A stretch of DNA of 64,000 nucleotides from Tubulanus polymorphus (Eukaryota > Animalia > Nemertea), in the NCBI RefSeq assembly GCF_964204645.1, contig NC_134026.1, positions 23,408,150-23,472,149 on the forward strand, read 5' to 3'. Each line of letters starts with the position of its first letter. The first letter of the stretch is position 1. Shown piece after piece: positions 1 to 12,200 of the stretch. The notes under the pieces are model-generated. The model saw nothing but the letters and a program-made list of their open reading frames with translations. It searched no databases and was not told where the DNA came from. Position numbers and translations under genes: made by a program.

Positions 1-291
1 ACGATAGTTGGGGTTCAAAATCAAAGATTGACCATTAGGGCCTACCACCTATAAACTTTAAGAGAATAACATTATTTAGTATTCCAATCCAAGAATTGGC
101 ATTCTTATACTTCACTCTTCTTCGTGACCCGGCCATCACTCCAGTTAGCTCCCTTTTCTTTTTTTATAGGTACCTAGGATACTGGGTCGAATCGTTGATT
201 CGGACCCCCTGCTATCGTGACAAACCCATGGTTCTGGGCTTTGCCATTAGAAGAAAAGTCTGTAATTCATTGGAAATGTTATATTTTTCAG

Positions 292-2767
292 TCAGTTGGA
301 TCATATGATGATCCTATTATGGGTGATTTTCCAACGTGTTTGAAGAAGATGAAAGAAGCAGATCCAAATTTTGGTATTGTATGAAATTTTTAAATATCAT
401 ACATGCTGTTTTATTATGGTGAATGGCACAATGAATGCATTATTTAGGCTTCTTTCAGTTTTGACCTATGTACTGGAGAATGCATCAGACTGTTTGGGAA
501 CTGGAAGATCAGCTAAAGTTGATCCTGTGATGAAGTCGAACATTGAGTATATGGTTTCACTGGCTGCTAAATCCCCTAACATCACAGATAGAGAAAGAAA
601 ACATGTAAATGCTGTAAAACTGTGGTCAGAAGGGTGAGATTTTTATTGGTATAAAAGTCCTATCGTAAGCTAAATAATTGAGAAATCTAAGAGAAATGAA
701 CACAACTCAGATACTTTTAGTGCTTATCATGATTCCTAATACAATCAATGCAATTGGTTTTGAACAGTTATATAGAAAATGCGACAACTGTATGGGATGA
801 TATCCTTATCGACCATCCAACTGATGTTCTAGCAATTAAGCTGAATCATGCTTCATATTTCTACCTGGGTAAATCTGTGGAAATGAGAGACAACACTGCT
901 CGTGTTTTACCTCACTGGAATGATACAATGCCTTTATATTCGTAAGTTGGTCTATTAAGTACAAAATATATATCTTATCATGATGGGACTCTATGCTCTT
1001 ATCTTGGCTCTATGCTGATAAACTTAGTCATGGGTCTAGTTCTTGTATATGGTTCTGGCTTAGGATTGATTTTCGTCAAGGATTTTGAACTTTGTGTAAA
1101 AAATTTCATGTCCGCTGTTTAATAATTTCATTGCACTTCAATATTTTAATCTATTTCTTAGATACCGGTACTTTTTTATTACCGGTACACATTTTTTGCA
1201 ATGTTTGAAATGACATTCTATAATAAACCCGTGACATTTCAGTAATTTGTTGGGCTATTATGCATTTGGGCTTGCTGAGACAAATCGCTTTGCAGAAGCA
1301 GAAATATTATCAAAGAAAGCCTTGTCATACAATCGCTTTGATGGCTGGTCGACTCATGCATTGATACATACCTATGAAAATGATTCACGCACTGAAGATG
1401 GCATCAATGCATTAAGTGGTACAGTGGATGACTGGACTGTAAGTACAAATTGGATGATGATCTGGACTTGAGAGTGTTGGTTACAAAGTTTTGTTAAGAT
1501 ACAAATTCCTTCAATTTGTAGGCATATTGTGGACTGGCAACTCACCTCTACTGGCACTGGGCTGTGTTCTGTATTGAAAAGGTTTGTTTTTGATTAATCT
1601 TGAATCATATTACCTTCACTAAAAACAATTCATGATTCTTCAAAAATTCTTCTTGTCTTGAAAGACTGAAGACAGCTTGGAAAATTGAAACTCAAACTTT
1701 TTTTTTAGAAAGACTATGAGGGGGCACTTGGAATATTTGATCTACAGGTACCGGTAACTGAGAATAAAAGTCATGTTTGGTATCATAACCAATTATTGTG
1801 TGTTAGAGATGCATGTTCAATGTTTCTGTAATCTCTGAGGCAATGACATTTTTTTAAGGTTTCTAAAAGGGCCACAGCTGATTCAATGTTGGACATGTTG
1901 GATGCTACATCTTTACTCTTTAGGCTAGAAATGGAAGGTGAATGGTTTGGCTTTTGCTTTTTTCATTCATGTCACACACATATTCATATAATATCAACTG
2001 TTTTGATTTACTTGTTATCACAATTAGGTGTAAATGTTGGTGATCGATGGGAAACAGCTTATGAACTCTGTCGTCCACATTTAGATGACCATGTGATAGT
2101 TTTCAATGATTTCCATCTGTTGATGGGATGTATAGGAGCCAAAAAACCAGATGTAGCTGAAAAATTCATGAAATCTGTGCATGACTATCTAAGGTAACGT
2201 ATGAGTAAATATGTTCATTTTCATACACACACATTGATATACTGGTATTTGATTTTAAGGTTAATGAACTTTGTTATTTTCAGCAATGAATCATTAGAGA
2301 CAACGCAACGTTTAACCAACGAAATAGGACTACCACTTTATAAAGCACTACTTGCCTATGATCAAGGGGACTATGCTACTGCTGTTGATTTAATCTACCC
2401 CATTAGATACAAATTTCATGGTGCAGGGGCCAGTCGTGCTCAAGTAAATTTTAGTTCCTGCAATATATGATGCAAAAACTTGAGTTTTCTGTCTATTGAT
2501 AAAAATGATTTTTCATTTTAGCGAGATGTTTTGCCTCTGTTTTTGATTCATGCAAGCTTAAGATCTAAAGAACCTAAACACCAAAGGATTGCTAGGTAAG
2601 TTGTAGACGTGTTATCATGTATAAAAAACACCATCATGTATCTGTCATTTCTTCCTCTTGTTTGAAGGTCACTGTTGATGGAGAGAAAAGCAATAAGAAC
2701 TAATTGCCAAATGACAGAAAATCTTCTGCAGAAGAGTTTAAGTCACCACATTGTCAATGAGCATTGA
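292..2767 (+). CDS. TTC38: Tetratricopeptide repeat protein 38 (5'-partial; first coding exons upstream of the window). Exons 292-373, 459-633, 768-941, 1243-1438, 1522-1581, 1709-1747, 1859-1937, 2028-2193, 2284-2443, 2522-2595, 2668-2767
   Basis: Eleven GT-AG exons join in frame to give ...CLKKMKEADPNFV...WDDILIDHPTDVLAIK...YFYLG...EMRD...FGLAETN...HLYWHWAVFCIEK...LLFRLEMEGVNVGDRW...FNDFHLLM...ASRAQRDV...RSLLMERK...EH*. This is collinear with TTC38 as I recall it (DHPTDMLALK, HNYWHWAL, GSNAQRDV, RSLLMER). TGA at 2765-2767; AATAAA at ~2881 and ~2910. Confidence 0.95.
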
Positions 2768-3156
2768 AGAAATCATGCCAAGACCAATATTAATAGCCAC
2801 TTTATTAGTCACCTAATTCATAGTCACAGTTTATTTTGAGGATTATGATGAAATTGATAAGCTTTATTATATTCGATTAAAATAAAAATTTATATTTTTT
2901 TCCTGAAAGAATAAATTATCTCTAAAAAAAGAATTGGTATTTCGTTATTTGTGATCTGGATTTGTCAATGTTGTCATGAAAACAAAATTTGTAGGGTGGA
3001 AGTTATGCGGAATAGTCTTTTTACAGCAGTTATATTTCATTATGTCAATAATTGGGGCTCGAACCTAGCTGTTAGTGAACACGTTACGACAGTAAATAGG
3101 TTAATTCGTTACAGCGTGCTCTCAACATCGTAATCCAATTCAGTCACTGACAACTC

Positions 3157-3166
3157 ATTTCCGGGT
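3157..3166 (+). promoter_or_regulatory. ETS/GABP-like motif ATTTCCGGGT in the putative ARFGAP1 promoter
   Basis: Lies ~85 nt upstream of the ARFGAP1 ATG in the short TTC38-ARFGAP1 intergenic region; the identical 10-mer recurs at 26578-26587 upstream of ARMC1. Function is inferred. Confidence 0.45.
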
Positions 3167-3250
3167 CGAAAAATTGAAAAATCGTTACGATCTGTCATTT
3201 TAAAATCTCACTTTGCTGGACAATCCCTGGAAAATTAGATTAATTTCAGA

Positions 3251-6200
3251 ATGGCCAGCCCAAGAACTAGGAGAGTCATGAAGGATCTACGGGTCAAAGA
3301 CGAAAATAATGTGAGAATTCTTCGATTCAAACACGATTTTGATGAGTCTAAAGTTGAAGAAATATTGGCGGTCTTTGGATGACTCTTTTTTGATGGATCA
3401 GTCTTAGGAGTGAATTGTGGTTGGGTTCACGTATTAGATTTCCTTTGATTTTTGGAAAATAGTAGTATGTTGAGTGATATAGGCCTACTTGATAGAGATC
3501 TAATTAACAGGCCCTCCTCTCCTGTCTATTCAGACAACAACAATAATGCTGACGACCGTACGTAACATCCGTCCGTATTGTTGTGGCCAAGTTAAATCAG
3601 TCAAGAATGTTGTTGTTTGTCTCAGGTTAAGCCTATACTATGAAGGCTACCCCATAAAGAGTCTACACTAGGCTTAGATGCTTATGAATAACAGTTTTAT
3701 GAATTGGCCTTAGGCCCCTATTGGCCAAATATTTTGCTTAAAACCAATTGTCGTCAATTTTGAAGCCAATAAAATTGATAACTTTATTGCTTATCTCATA
3801 GAACTGTTTTGAGTGTGGCGGGCATAATCCCCAGTGGGTCAGCGTTACTTATGGCGTCTGGATTTGTCTTGAATGTTCAGGAAAACACAGAGGATTAGGC
3901 GTACATCTAAGGTAGAGTTGAAAGATTCTTTAAAAAATGATCTTTTATCACTCCATCAATAAATGTAAAAAGACTGTAAACTGCCCTATATACTGTATGA
4001 ATTTCACATTCTTTAATTATAATGATTTTGTCTCAGTTTTGTTCGATCTGTAACGATGGATAAGTGGAAGGATATCGAACTCGAGAAAATGAAAGTTGGA
4101 GGAAATAGAAATGCCCGAGAGTTCTTTGAATCGCAATCAGATTTTGAAGAAAACTGGACATTGCAAGAAAAGTACAACTCGAAAGCAGCGGCTTTATATA
4201 AAGATAAGGTAGCGAAATAAAACTTCTAGAAAAGATGGATGGATTTGTTTAAATCGATCTGATTTTATAACTGAGGCTTCATTTAATGTCTTGGTAGATT
4301 TCCACCGAAGCTCAGGGAAAACCATGGAGTATACAAACATCTTCTGCTAGAAACCATAAACCATTCCAGCCACGTAGATCTTCAAATAGTAGCAATAAAA
4401 TGAGTATAAGTTCGGCGAGTTATAATGGAACAAATACTGCAGGCGGAAACGGAGGTGGATATCAGTCTTACCAAAGCAGTGGTTCTGAAGCGGCATCCAT
4501 AGAAGATTATACTGGATTATCAAAGTAAGAATGATGTTAATCAATGATGGAAATCATAAAAGAATTATCAATACAAAGATTTTAATTTACTAATCTTTTA
4601 GGCCTATGTATATAATTCCCAAATCATCAAACAGATGAAATCAAAATTAGTTAGACATAATTTCTTCAAAATGGCCTTAGAAATTGTCATTAAAATCTTA
4701 CGTTATTCCAAATATTACGGGTGTCCGTAAGTGCTTTGAATTTCATTCCATGTGGCTTTATTCTCTTTTAACAGAGAAGAAATACGCAGTAGGAATGAAG
4801 ATTTCTTTAGCCGTCAGATGCAAGCTAATGCTGCTCGTTCAGCGTAAGTAGGAAATATATCAATTATATATGATTAGTTTCAATCACCTTAAAGACTGGA
4901 ATGTCTTTCTGGAATAGATTTCTGTAGCCGTCAGATGGAAGCTAATGCTGCTCGTTCAGCGTAAGTAGGAAATATATCAATTATATATGATTAGTTTCAA
5001 TCACTTTAAAGACTGGAATGTTTAATAAATGTAAAAAATCTGAGAATAATAAATCTTCTAATCTGATAATAATCTGATAAGATTTTTATCATATTTTGCA
5101 ATTATCTCATTTTAGTGATTTACCACCCAGTCAAGGGGGGCGTTACCAGGGCTTTGGAAATACAGTAGATCCACCAAAAAATGAAGATAGTTGGGACTTG
5201 TCATCTTTATCCAGTGTAAGTATCACAGACTATAGATCACTAATCAGAATATCTATAGAATCTACATTTCTGTACAAGACATAGCTTTCTAAATGTTGTT
5301 TGTTCACAATTGTGTGATATTCGGTGTATTCAAATTTTTTTCAGGGTTGGTCCACATTTGCTACTGGTGCCACAAAATTTGCATCTGCTGCCACTAAACA
5401 GGTTAGCCTAACATTATTATGACTTGCTCATCCTTCCCTCTGATATTTCTTTTAGGTAATTGTTCGTTACTCTACATTTTTGTTGTCAACGCATACTTTG
5501 TATGGACTTACTGTTCTCATATCTCGACTATAATTACGACATTGGGTATTTTACTATTCTTATCAGCTACCTGTGGTAGGATTTTATGATAACATTCATA
5601 CCATTTTCCTGAATGTGTTTATTTACGTAAGAATTGATTGCGCAATGCACAATATCATATAGCAGCATTTCGCTAGAACGCAATCGCAAGGTAGGTGCTG
5701 CAGTAAACCCATTGAAATTTGAACAAAATTGAAATGGTTCAGATTTTTTGAAAACCGTCTATATCTGTGTCATCTGTAGATTCTATGTATTTGTTGGGGT
5801 TATTTTTATTGCGTCTATCTCAACAAAGAAAACAAAGCAAATGTTAAATAGTGACAGCTTTGGTATCTCATTATAAAACTTTACATTGAATATATGGAAA
5901 TTTACCGGTACATCTCATATATATCATACGTGTATACTATTGCGAAGTAGTTTCTAGCCGTTCGGTGTATTGTCAGCTTCATACTTACTTCGTCTTTGGA
6001 ATAATGTCGCCCGACTCTGAACTTATCAGAATTTGCCGCAATCGACGGTTCGATGGGTTATATTTCAAAGTTTTTCTGCGTCGATTCGTAAGTGTTTCAT
6101 TTCATTTGGAAGAAGAGTTTTCTGAAATTGTTTAATTTCTTTTTTTCAAGATATCGTATAGATTCAAAAGTCGAGAGAGTCATATTATTTTTGATAACTT

Positions 6201-9200
6201 CGCAGAAATTCTTAAGCATGAATCATCCTTATCTCAATCATGTGTAGAGTAGTTTTATTATCAAGTAGTGAGTATTTGTATTCAGCATAAGAAGGCGCTT
6301 TAAAACTCATTTTAGGAAGGCGAGAATTAATCTGCCATCATCTTAGCAATGCTTATATAGACAACTGTAAATGAATAAACGCTGTGACATACCAGCTTCA
6401 TACATTTGACCATGACTTTGTCTTTACCCAATGTTCCAGTTCCACTTTCTCAAAAAAATGAACTCCGTACAGATAGTCCTGGCTATCCCCCTCCCCCCGA
6501 TGGCTCTGGCTTCATAGGTATTCATTCGGTTGATAATGGGTTTTAAATCTTGAGGGGAAGTTCATGTAAAAAGAATTATGTTTTGATATGATACCTTAGT
6601 CGAGGTTGAGCGGTACGATTTTTAATTTGTTTGTATTGTCAATTACTCATTAGATGAAGAAGTCTCCTGCCAGTGATGGTGATAATGATGATACATTCGG
6701 GCGTGTTTTCATCGAAGTCGATTGTTTCATTTTCTCGGTATTGATCGTTCGCGCCGTTTCACAATCTGTGGCATGTATTCAAATTAATATACCGGTGGGA
6801 TTGCATGTGTGCACAGATGTGTGCGGCATCGTTGTTTAAAGCTTACTTCGGGAGTGCGCAGGCATACGTGCGCAGATAGATCTCACTTGAGTGCTCCTCG
6901 CTTGTCACAAAGGATGTCCTGATATGTTTATATGTCTTTACGCTATCGATTGCATCTCATTCTTGGTCACAGTGGATTAAGGACCATTAGATACGGGTTT
7001 GTATAACATCGGTGCGTTATTTCAATCTATTGTTTGGTCTGTGGCTTTTGTGTTCTGTCGTGCTCAGTATATATGAGTCAATATTGAAAATATTGACGAT
7101 TTGCTTCGTTTAAATGGAAATCCATTCTATTTTTAATGTACATGCGTACATTTTTGGTATTTTGTGTTATTGTATATATTGGCTGGCAGATTCCAAAACA
7201 GTTTATGTGATGACACAATGCATTATGTAATATGCATGTTGTTTACTGTATGTGATTTATCAATGATGACCGACTTAAGAACTGATGGTGAAACTACCTG
7301 ACTGTTTTATTTACAAAAATTCATTCAAGAGCCTTTTGAATAGCATTATGTATAATGTCCTGAATAAAAGTCGTAGAATGACTACGTCTGCTCAGAGACG
7401 AATGTCATCATCAAGCGGAGACATGAATTGAGCGATCATTAAAAATTACCAGTGATGGTTGATGCAAGACTGTCCTGGATTGCTTATTCGAGGCAGGTGC
7501 CAAGTTTGCTACGAACAAAGCAATTTATTTAAGCCGTGATCACGCGGAGAGGATTTGGCTCAGGTCAAACTGGCCTAGACCAGATCCAAGTCAAATTTGC
7601 TCTATTAGTGCATTTAGAAGTATAACTCATCCAATTGTTACTAAAGCACTGTCAAAACGATGCTAAGGCAAGCAAGGTGAGTCATTCCCAGAACTAGATA
7701 GCGTTTACATGGAATATTTCGACCCATACTTATGAGCAATCATGTTGAGATGATTGCTCATAGCCCATACTAAGATTTTTCCTGTGTCAAACAAGCACAG
7801 ACCCATTTTGTATCAGGGTGAATAGTTGACCTGGCTCTTATATGGCCAGGCCAATTTGGCCCAGCCCCAGGTCAAATATTGCTCACATGATTGCTTCAAG
7901 TGAAGAGTATTTCATTCTTTTAGCTAAGTCTTAGCTGCCAACTGTCCCTGTTTGTCAGGACTGTCCCTGAAACAATTTGTGCCATCCCCTCTAAAGATTG
8001 TTTTGTGTCCCTGAAAATTTCCTGTTATTTGTCCCTGATGTGGTTAGTGATTGCTAAGGATTCAGTTCTCTGATTGAAACATAACTGAATTATACAAAAT
8101 GATGTTCTATGGATGAGATCTTGGATGGAAAGTTATCATCTAAATCCATATGCCTAGCTGATCTTGATAAGCACTTGTCCAATTTTAGGCAACCCAATAG
8201 TTCACATAGTCTCACAGACTGACTGTATGACAGTACGGACTACCTCCATATTGATTTTTATGGATCCATCGATGACTGCTTTAACTGATGATTGATATCT
8301 GTGGATCCATTTTACATATTAGATAACACAGTGATGTATGTCAATGAAATTCTGTGTAATCCGTAACTGAATTTTGCAATATGAAAGTCCATACGCAAAT
8401 GTGAAAATATGTATTATGCAGATGCTTTTTATTGGATGTAGGTTTTTGGCATGTCATTTTTCTCTTTTTATCCAGAAAAATATTTCCAAATGTGATATGA
8501 TACATGTGATATCAGATATCACGTGTGATAAATTTGATATCAGATACGATACGCCCAAAAGTCACCTGAGTTTGAATCTTGATTCCGTTAAGTATTTTTT
8601 CTGATAAGGGAAATGACTCATCAGGGTTATTTTTTCAAGCGCCAGGAATATCATTGAACCCGATAATGTATAACTGAAACCCAATGAATAGCCTGTATTC
8701 ATATGAGCAATTGATCGGAAAATCTAATAAAGCAATGACTTATTGGATAAAAAACTAAATAGTTCATGTATGAAACCCGTTTGCAACCAGATATAACAAC
8801 AGCTTGCATAGTGTGGCTTAATCAGAAAACAGTATACCTGGTAATATTTATTATATACTGATTTCGACTGAATACCATTATAATCCCTGCTGCTGGAGGT
8901 TTACATATTATGCATTGACGGTTTTGTAGATTATGAAAATGCGTACATGGCAGCAATAGATTTTCAATGATCTTCATGTTTGGTGTATTCGAAGGCAGTT
9001 TTTTTGTAGGTTACGTAGCTCGTAGATGGAATATAGTTGGAAATTAATAGGTGTTCAAATAATTTCGATAGTAACCATGATTCTGGACGCTTATTGCTTC
9101 ATTAGCAAAGCTTTTTGATAACTTCCATCTAGCAGCAGATGCAATTTCAGTGTATTATCTGATAAACTCGGGGGGGTAGATTCAATTTATTTGGTGACAA

Positions 9201-12200
9201 AATCAATGGCTCATACCCCTCGGAGTATTTCATCTTAGTATTATTATAGCGTTGGATTGTTTGTTTACCTCGTGTTATTTATAACTGACGCGTTTAAGGC
9301 GTGTGCAGAAAATACGTGAAACGTTAACTTATACATAGCTGTATCTTCCTCGAAGTTATAGGAAATGAATATTCTCAGAATGCTTTTATTTAGAATTTTC
9401 GGTGTTTGATTCGGAGTAATTGCTTCAGTCATCGTATACCCAGTAACCGTTTTTTAAAAACCAGGAATAACAATAATAATCGATTGAATATGAAAATGTG
9501 TTTGTTAACAATCACTGTCATTCATTTATGATACGCTCCTTTAAACCTTACTATTCTACTATTATGGTTTATCGAATCTCACATTTCATTCAGTTTCCTA
9601 GAAGTTAAGCATTTGTGATGCAAGGTATTATCGTTTTGTAATCATGGAATTTCTATCAATACTGTTGTCAACATGTTATCAACATGATTGTGTGTAGTGT
9701 TACTTGCTGTCTTTACCATCCGCATTCAGGAGGAAGGTAAGCGACTCTGACTACCGGATTAGACATGCACTTGAGAGAGTTATTTATTGAGTTAATATGG
9801 GACCGATGCTTATAGATCGAGGCTTAGTTGTCGATCAATGCGGGATCAAGCGAACTATCCCGTGTCACTGTGCGTCGTAAGTAATACAGCGATCGAAAAT
9901 GGTGGCGAGCCAGTCTCGTGCAAATGACAGAAATGCAGTCGTTCGTTTGACCGCTGGCAATGCCGGATGTTATGCGGAATATCTGATGATGAACGGAGCT
10001 GTAAGATTTAGATGAGGACAGTAACTATACAGCATACATTCATTAGGCCCGATCACCAGTATGAGCTCACTTAACAATTAGGCCTATGTTACACATCCAG
10101 ATTTTGTTAATTACCCTCTCGCGTGGTGACTTGAATTCTGAAATTTAGAGGTTGCATTATCAACACATTAAAGAGAGATCTTCCTTGAAAATAGTTCCAT
10201 TATGTGAACGTTGAAGTCGTCAAGTGAAACAGGCACATCATATCGAATAAGTAATCCTCGGAGTGCATCATTTATTTATAATCATCCCACCTTTATTTCT
10301 ATTCTCTGCAAGATGTTGGATATAATTTCCTCCTCAGTGCATAGCATATATAATCAGTCAATATTGATCATCGGACTTAAAGATAATTGCATATCACCAA
10401 TTATATTACTGAAGGACTGAAGAATCGTCCCTTCATTGGTCATTACTCAATTTGTATGTCGTAAAAGCTGATGCGTTGGTAAACTGATCTGAACATGTGT
10501 GTTCGCAACATTAGTCAGAAGTTCATTTTCCATTTTCACCAAATTAGTTGGTTGCTTGCCATAATACGGCGATGATGAAGAAATATATATTCTTCGATTA
10601 TGGGAACTTTACTGTTCACATCGAGAAATTATATCTTATTTCCAACTGCAGGAACGTGAAATTGATGATCATTATCTCCTGCTGTAGATTTTCAGTTTCA
10701 AGTAATCAGGTTGATGTTTGATACGTAAAAAAGTAATCTAGATTGATATAAAGCGGCTCGTCACAAAAAACAACCATTAATAGATCCTGCGATTGTATGC
10801 CTCATGCGCATCAATATTTCGATGACACTGATAAATGTGTAAGCGGCCGCTAGAATTCTGCGGGCGTTTGTTAAAAAACGATTCGCCGTGTGCGCGGTTA
10901 CCGCGGCGAAATTGGCTCCGTCTGCTGAAAATGTCTTGATTCAATTTCATTTTTTAATTCACTTTGGTGACGAGTCTACATCAATAGAGTGCAAACTGTT
11001 TTTGATTTAACTCGGAGGCGGCGGCAGTGGCAGCGTGAATATTTTGTTGATTAAGCGAACAAGATGTTCAGCGAGCTCGCTTGTGGGTTTCGTTCATTTG
11101 GATGGATGAATTGTGCGTGTTGGTGAATATTGCCGGTGAAGTCAACGTTCTTCTCTTCACGCATCCCGAGGCTCTCTCTCCTCTCTCTCGAAAAGTAAAT
11201 TCTTCTGATGGCGAATTTCGTTTTCGCTTAACTCAATAACGATACACCGCGTATAATCTCATTCCATTTCATCACGGGCAACAAGGGCAAACTTTATCGC
11301 GAAAAAATTTTTTGAAAATTTGCATCTTTCGAAAAATGGCATCGCTGTCTGCTTGTTTACCGGCGAGATATCTTAGAAATAACGCTTCGGGGTTTTTTTT
11401 GAAACAGCTTTCCCGCTGCAATGCGAATTATAGATAAAGAGGGTAAATTTATCACTGAATTCACTGAGGACATGAAAATGTTATATATATATATATATAT
11501 ATACGTAAAGCTGGATTGAGGCTGGCTGAATATAATTGATTGTGAATGATCAGTAGACCGAGTGAGATCAATACATCATTGAAGGGTATATTACGGACTG
11601 CAAGAAGCAAATATTTTTCTGATGCACTTACAGATGGAATCTGCAGTATTTTCTATGCTGAGCTTAAATGAATTATTTCAATATTGGTTACGATTATGGT
11701 AATCGCGCTCTTTCAATTCTCTGTTTCGATTTGGTCATTTTCGTAGGCTCTGTATGGAGCCAGAGAGGGAGAGGGAGAGGGAGAGGGAGAGGGAGAGGGA
11801 GAGGGAGAGGGAGAGAGGGAGAGGGACAGGGAGAGAGACACTGGTCCTTGTGATAAGAATAGCATGGTGGAGATAATGTCATGATCAAATTACATCTGAC
11901 ATTGAAACTTAACATCGCATCCTGTGAGAATATTTCTTGTCATGTCTTCTTCGCATCTTAATGTCTTTAATCGGTAGATAAAAGCATTAAGGTTCCTTTT
12001 CCTCCTTTTATTTTATGATGAGCTAATGAATAGTCATCCCGGGAGAATACGTGATCCACAATTTGGCGCAGTGTTTGATATTTTTTTCAAGTCTCACCAT
12101 ACTGGTATTATATTGTCTCTCCGTATTTCAAATCGTTCCACTTACGACTAAGGATATCAATGCAGTGACAATTTTACATTTGCTCATGTAAAATTCTGGG

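Noticed and set aside
3535-3586. Imperfect hairpin ACAACAATA...GACG...CGTC..TATTGTTGT in ARFGAP1 intron 1
   Set aside because: The stem is too short and bulged for a pre-miRNA, and there is no flanking target duplication.
9730-9736. Apparent 7-nt microexon CAG|GAGGAAG|GTAAGC in ARFGAP1 intron 7
   Set aside because: It is not a multiple of three in a phase-0 intron and I found no compensating partner; it could be the end of a non-coding first exon but has no support.
11668-11915. ORFs with RGRGRG and LPLPLP repeats
   Set aside because: They are translations of the (GAGAGG)n microsatellite, with no splice or homology support.
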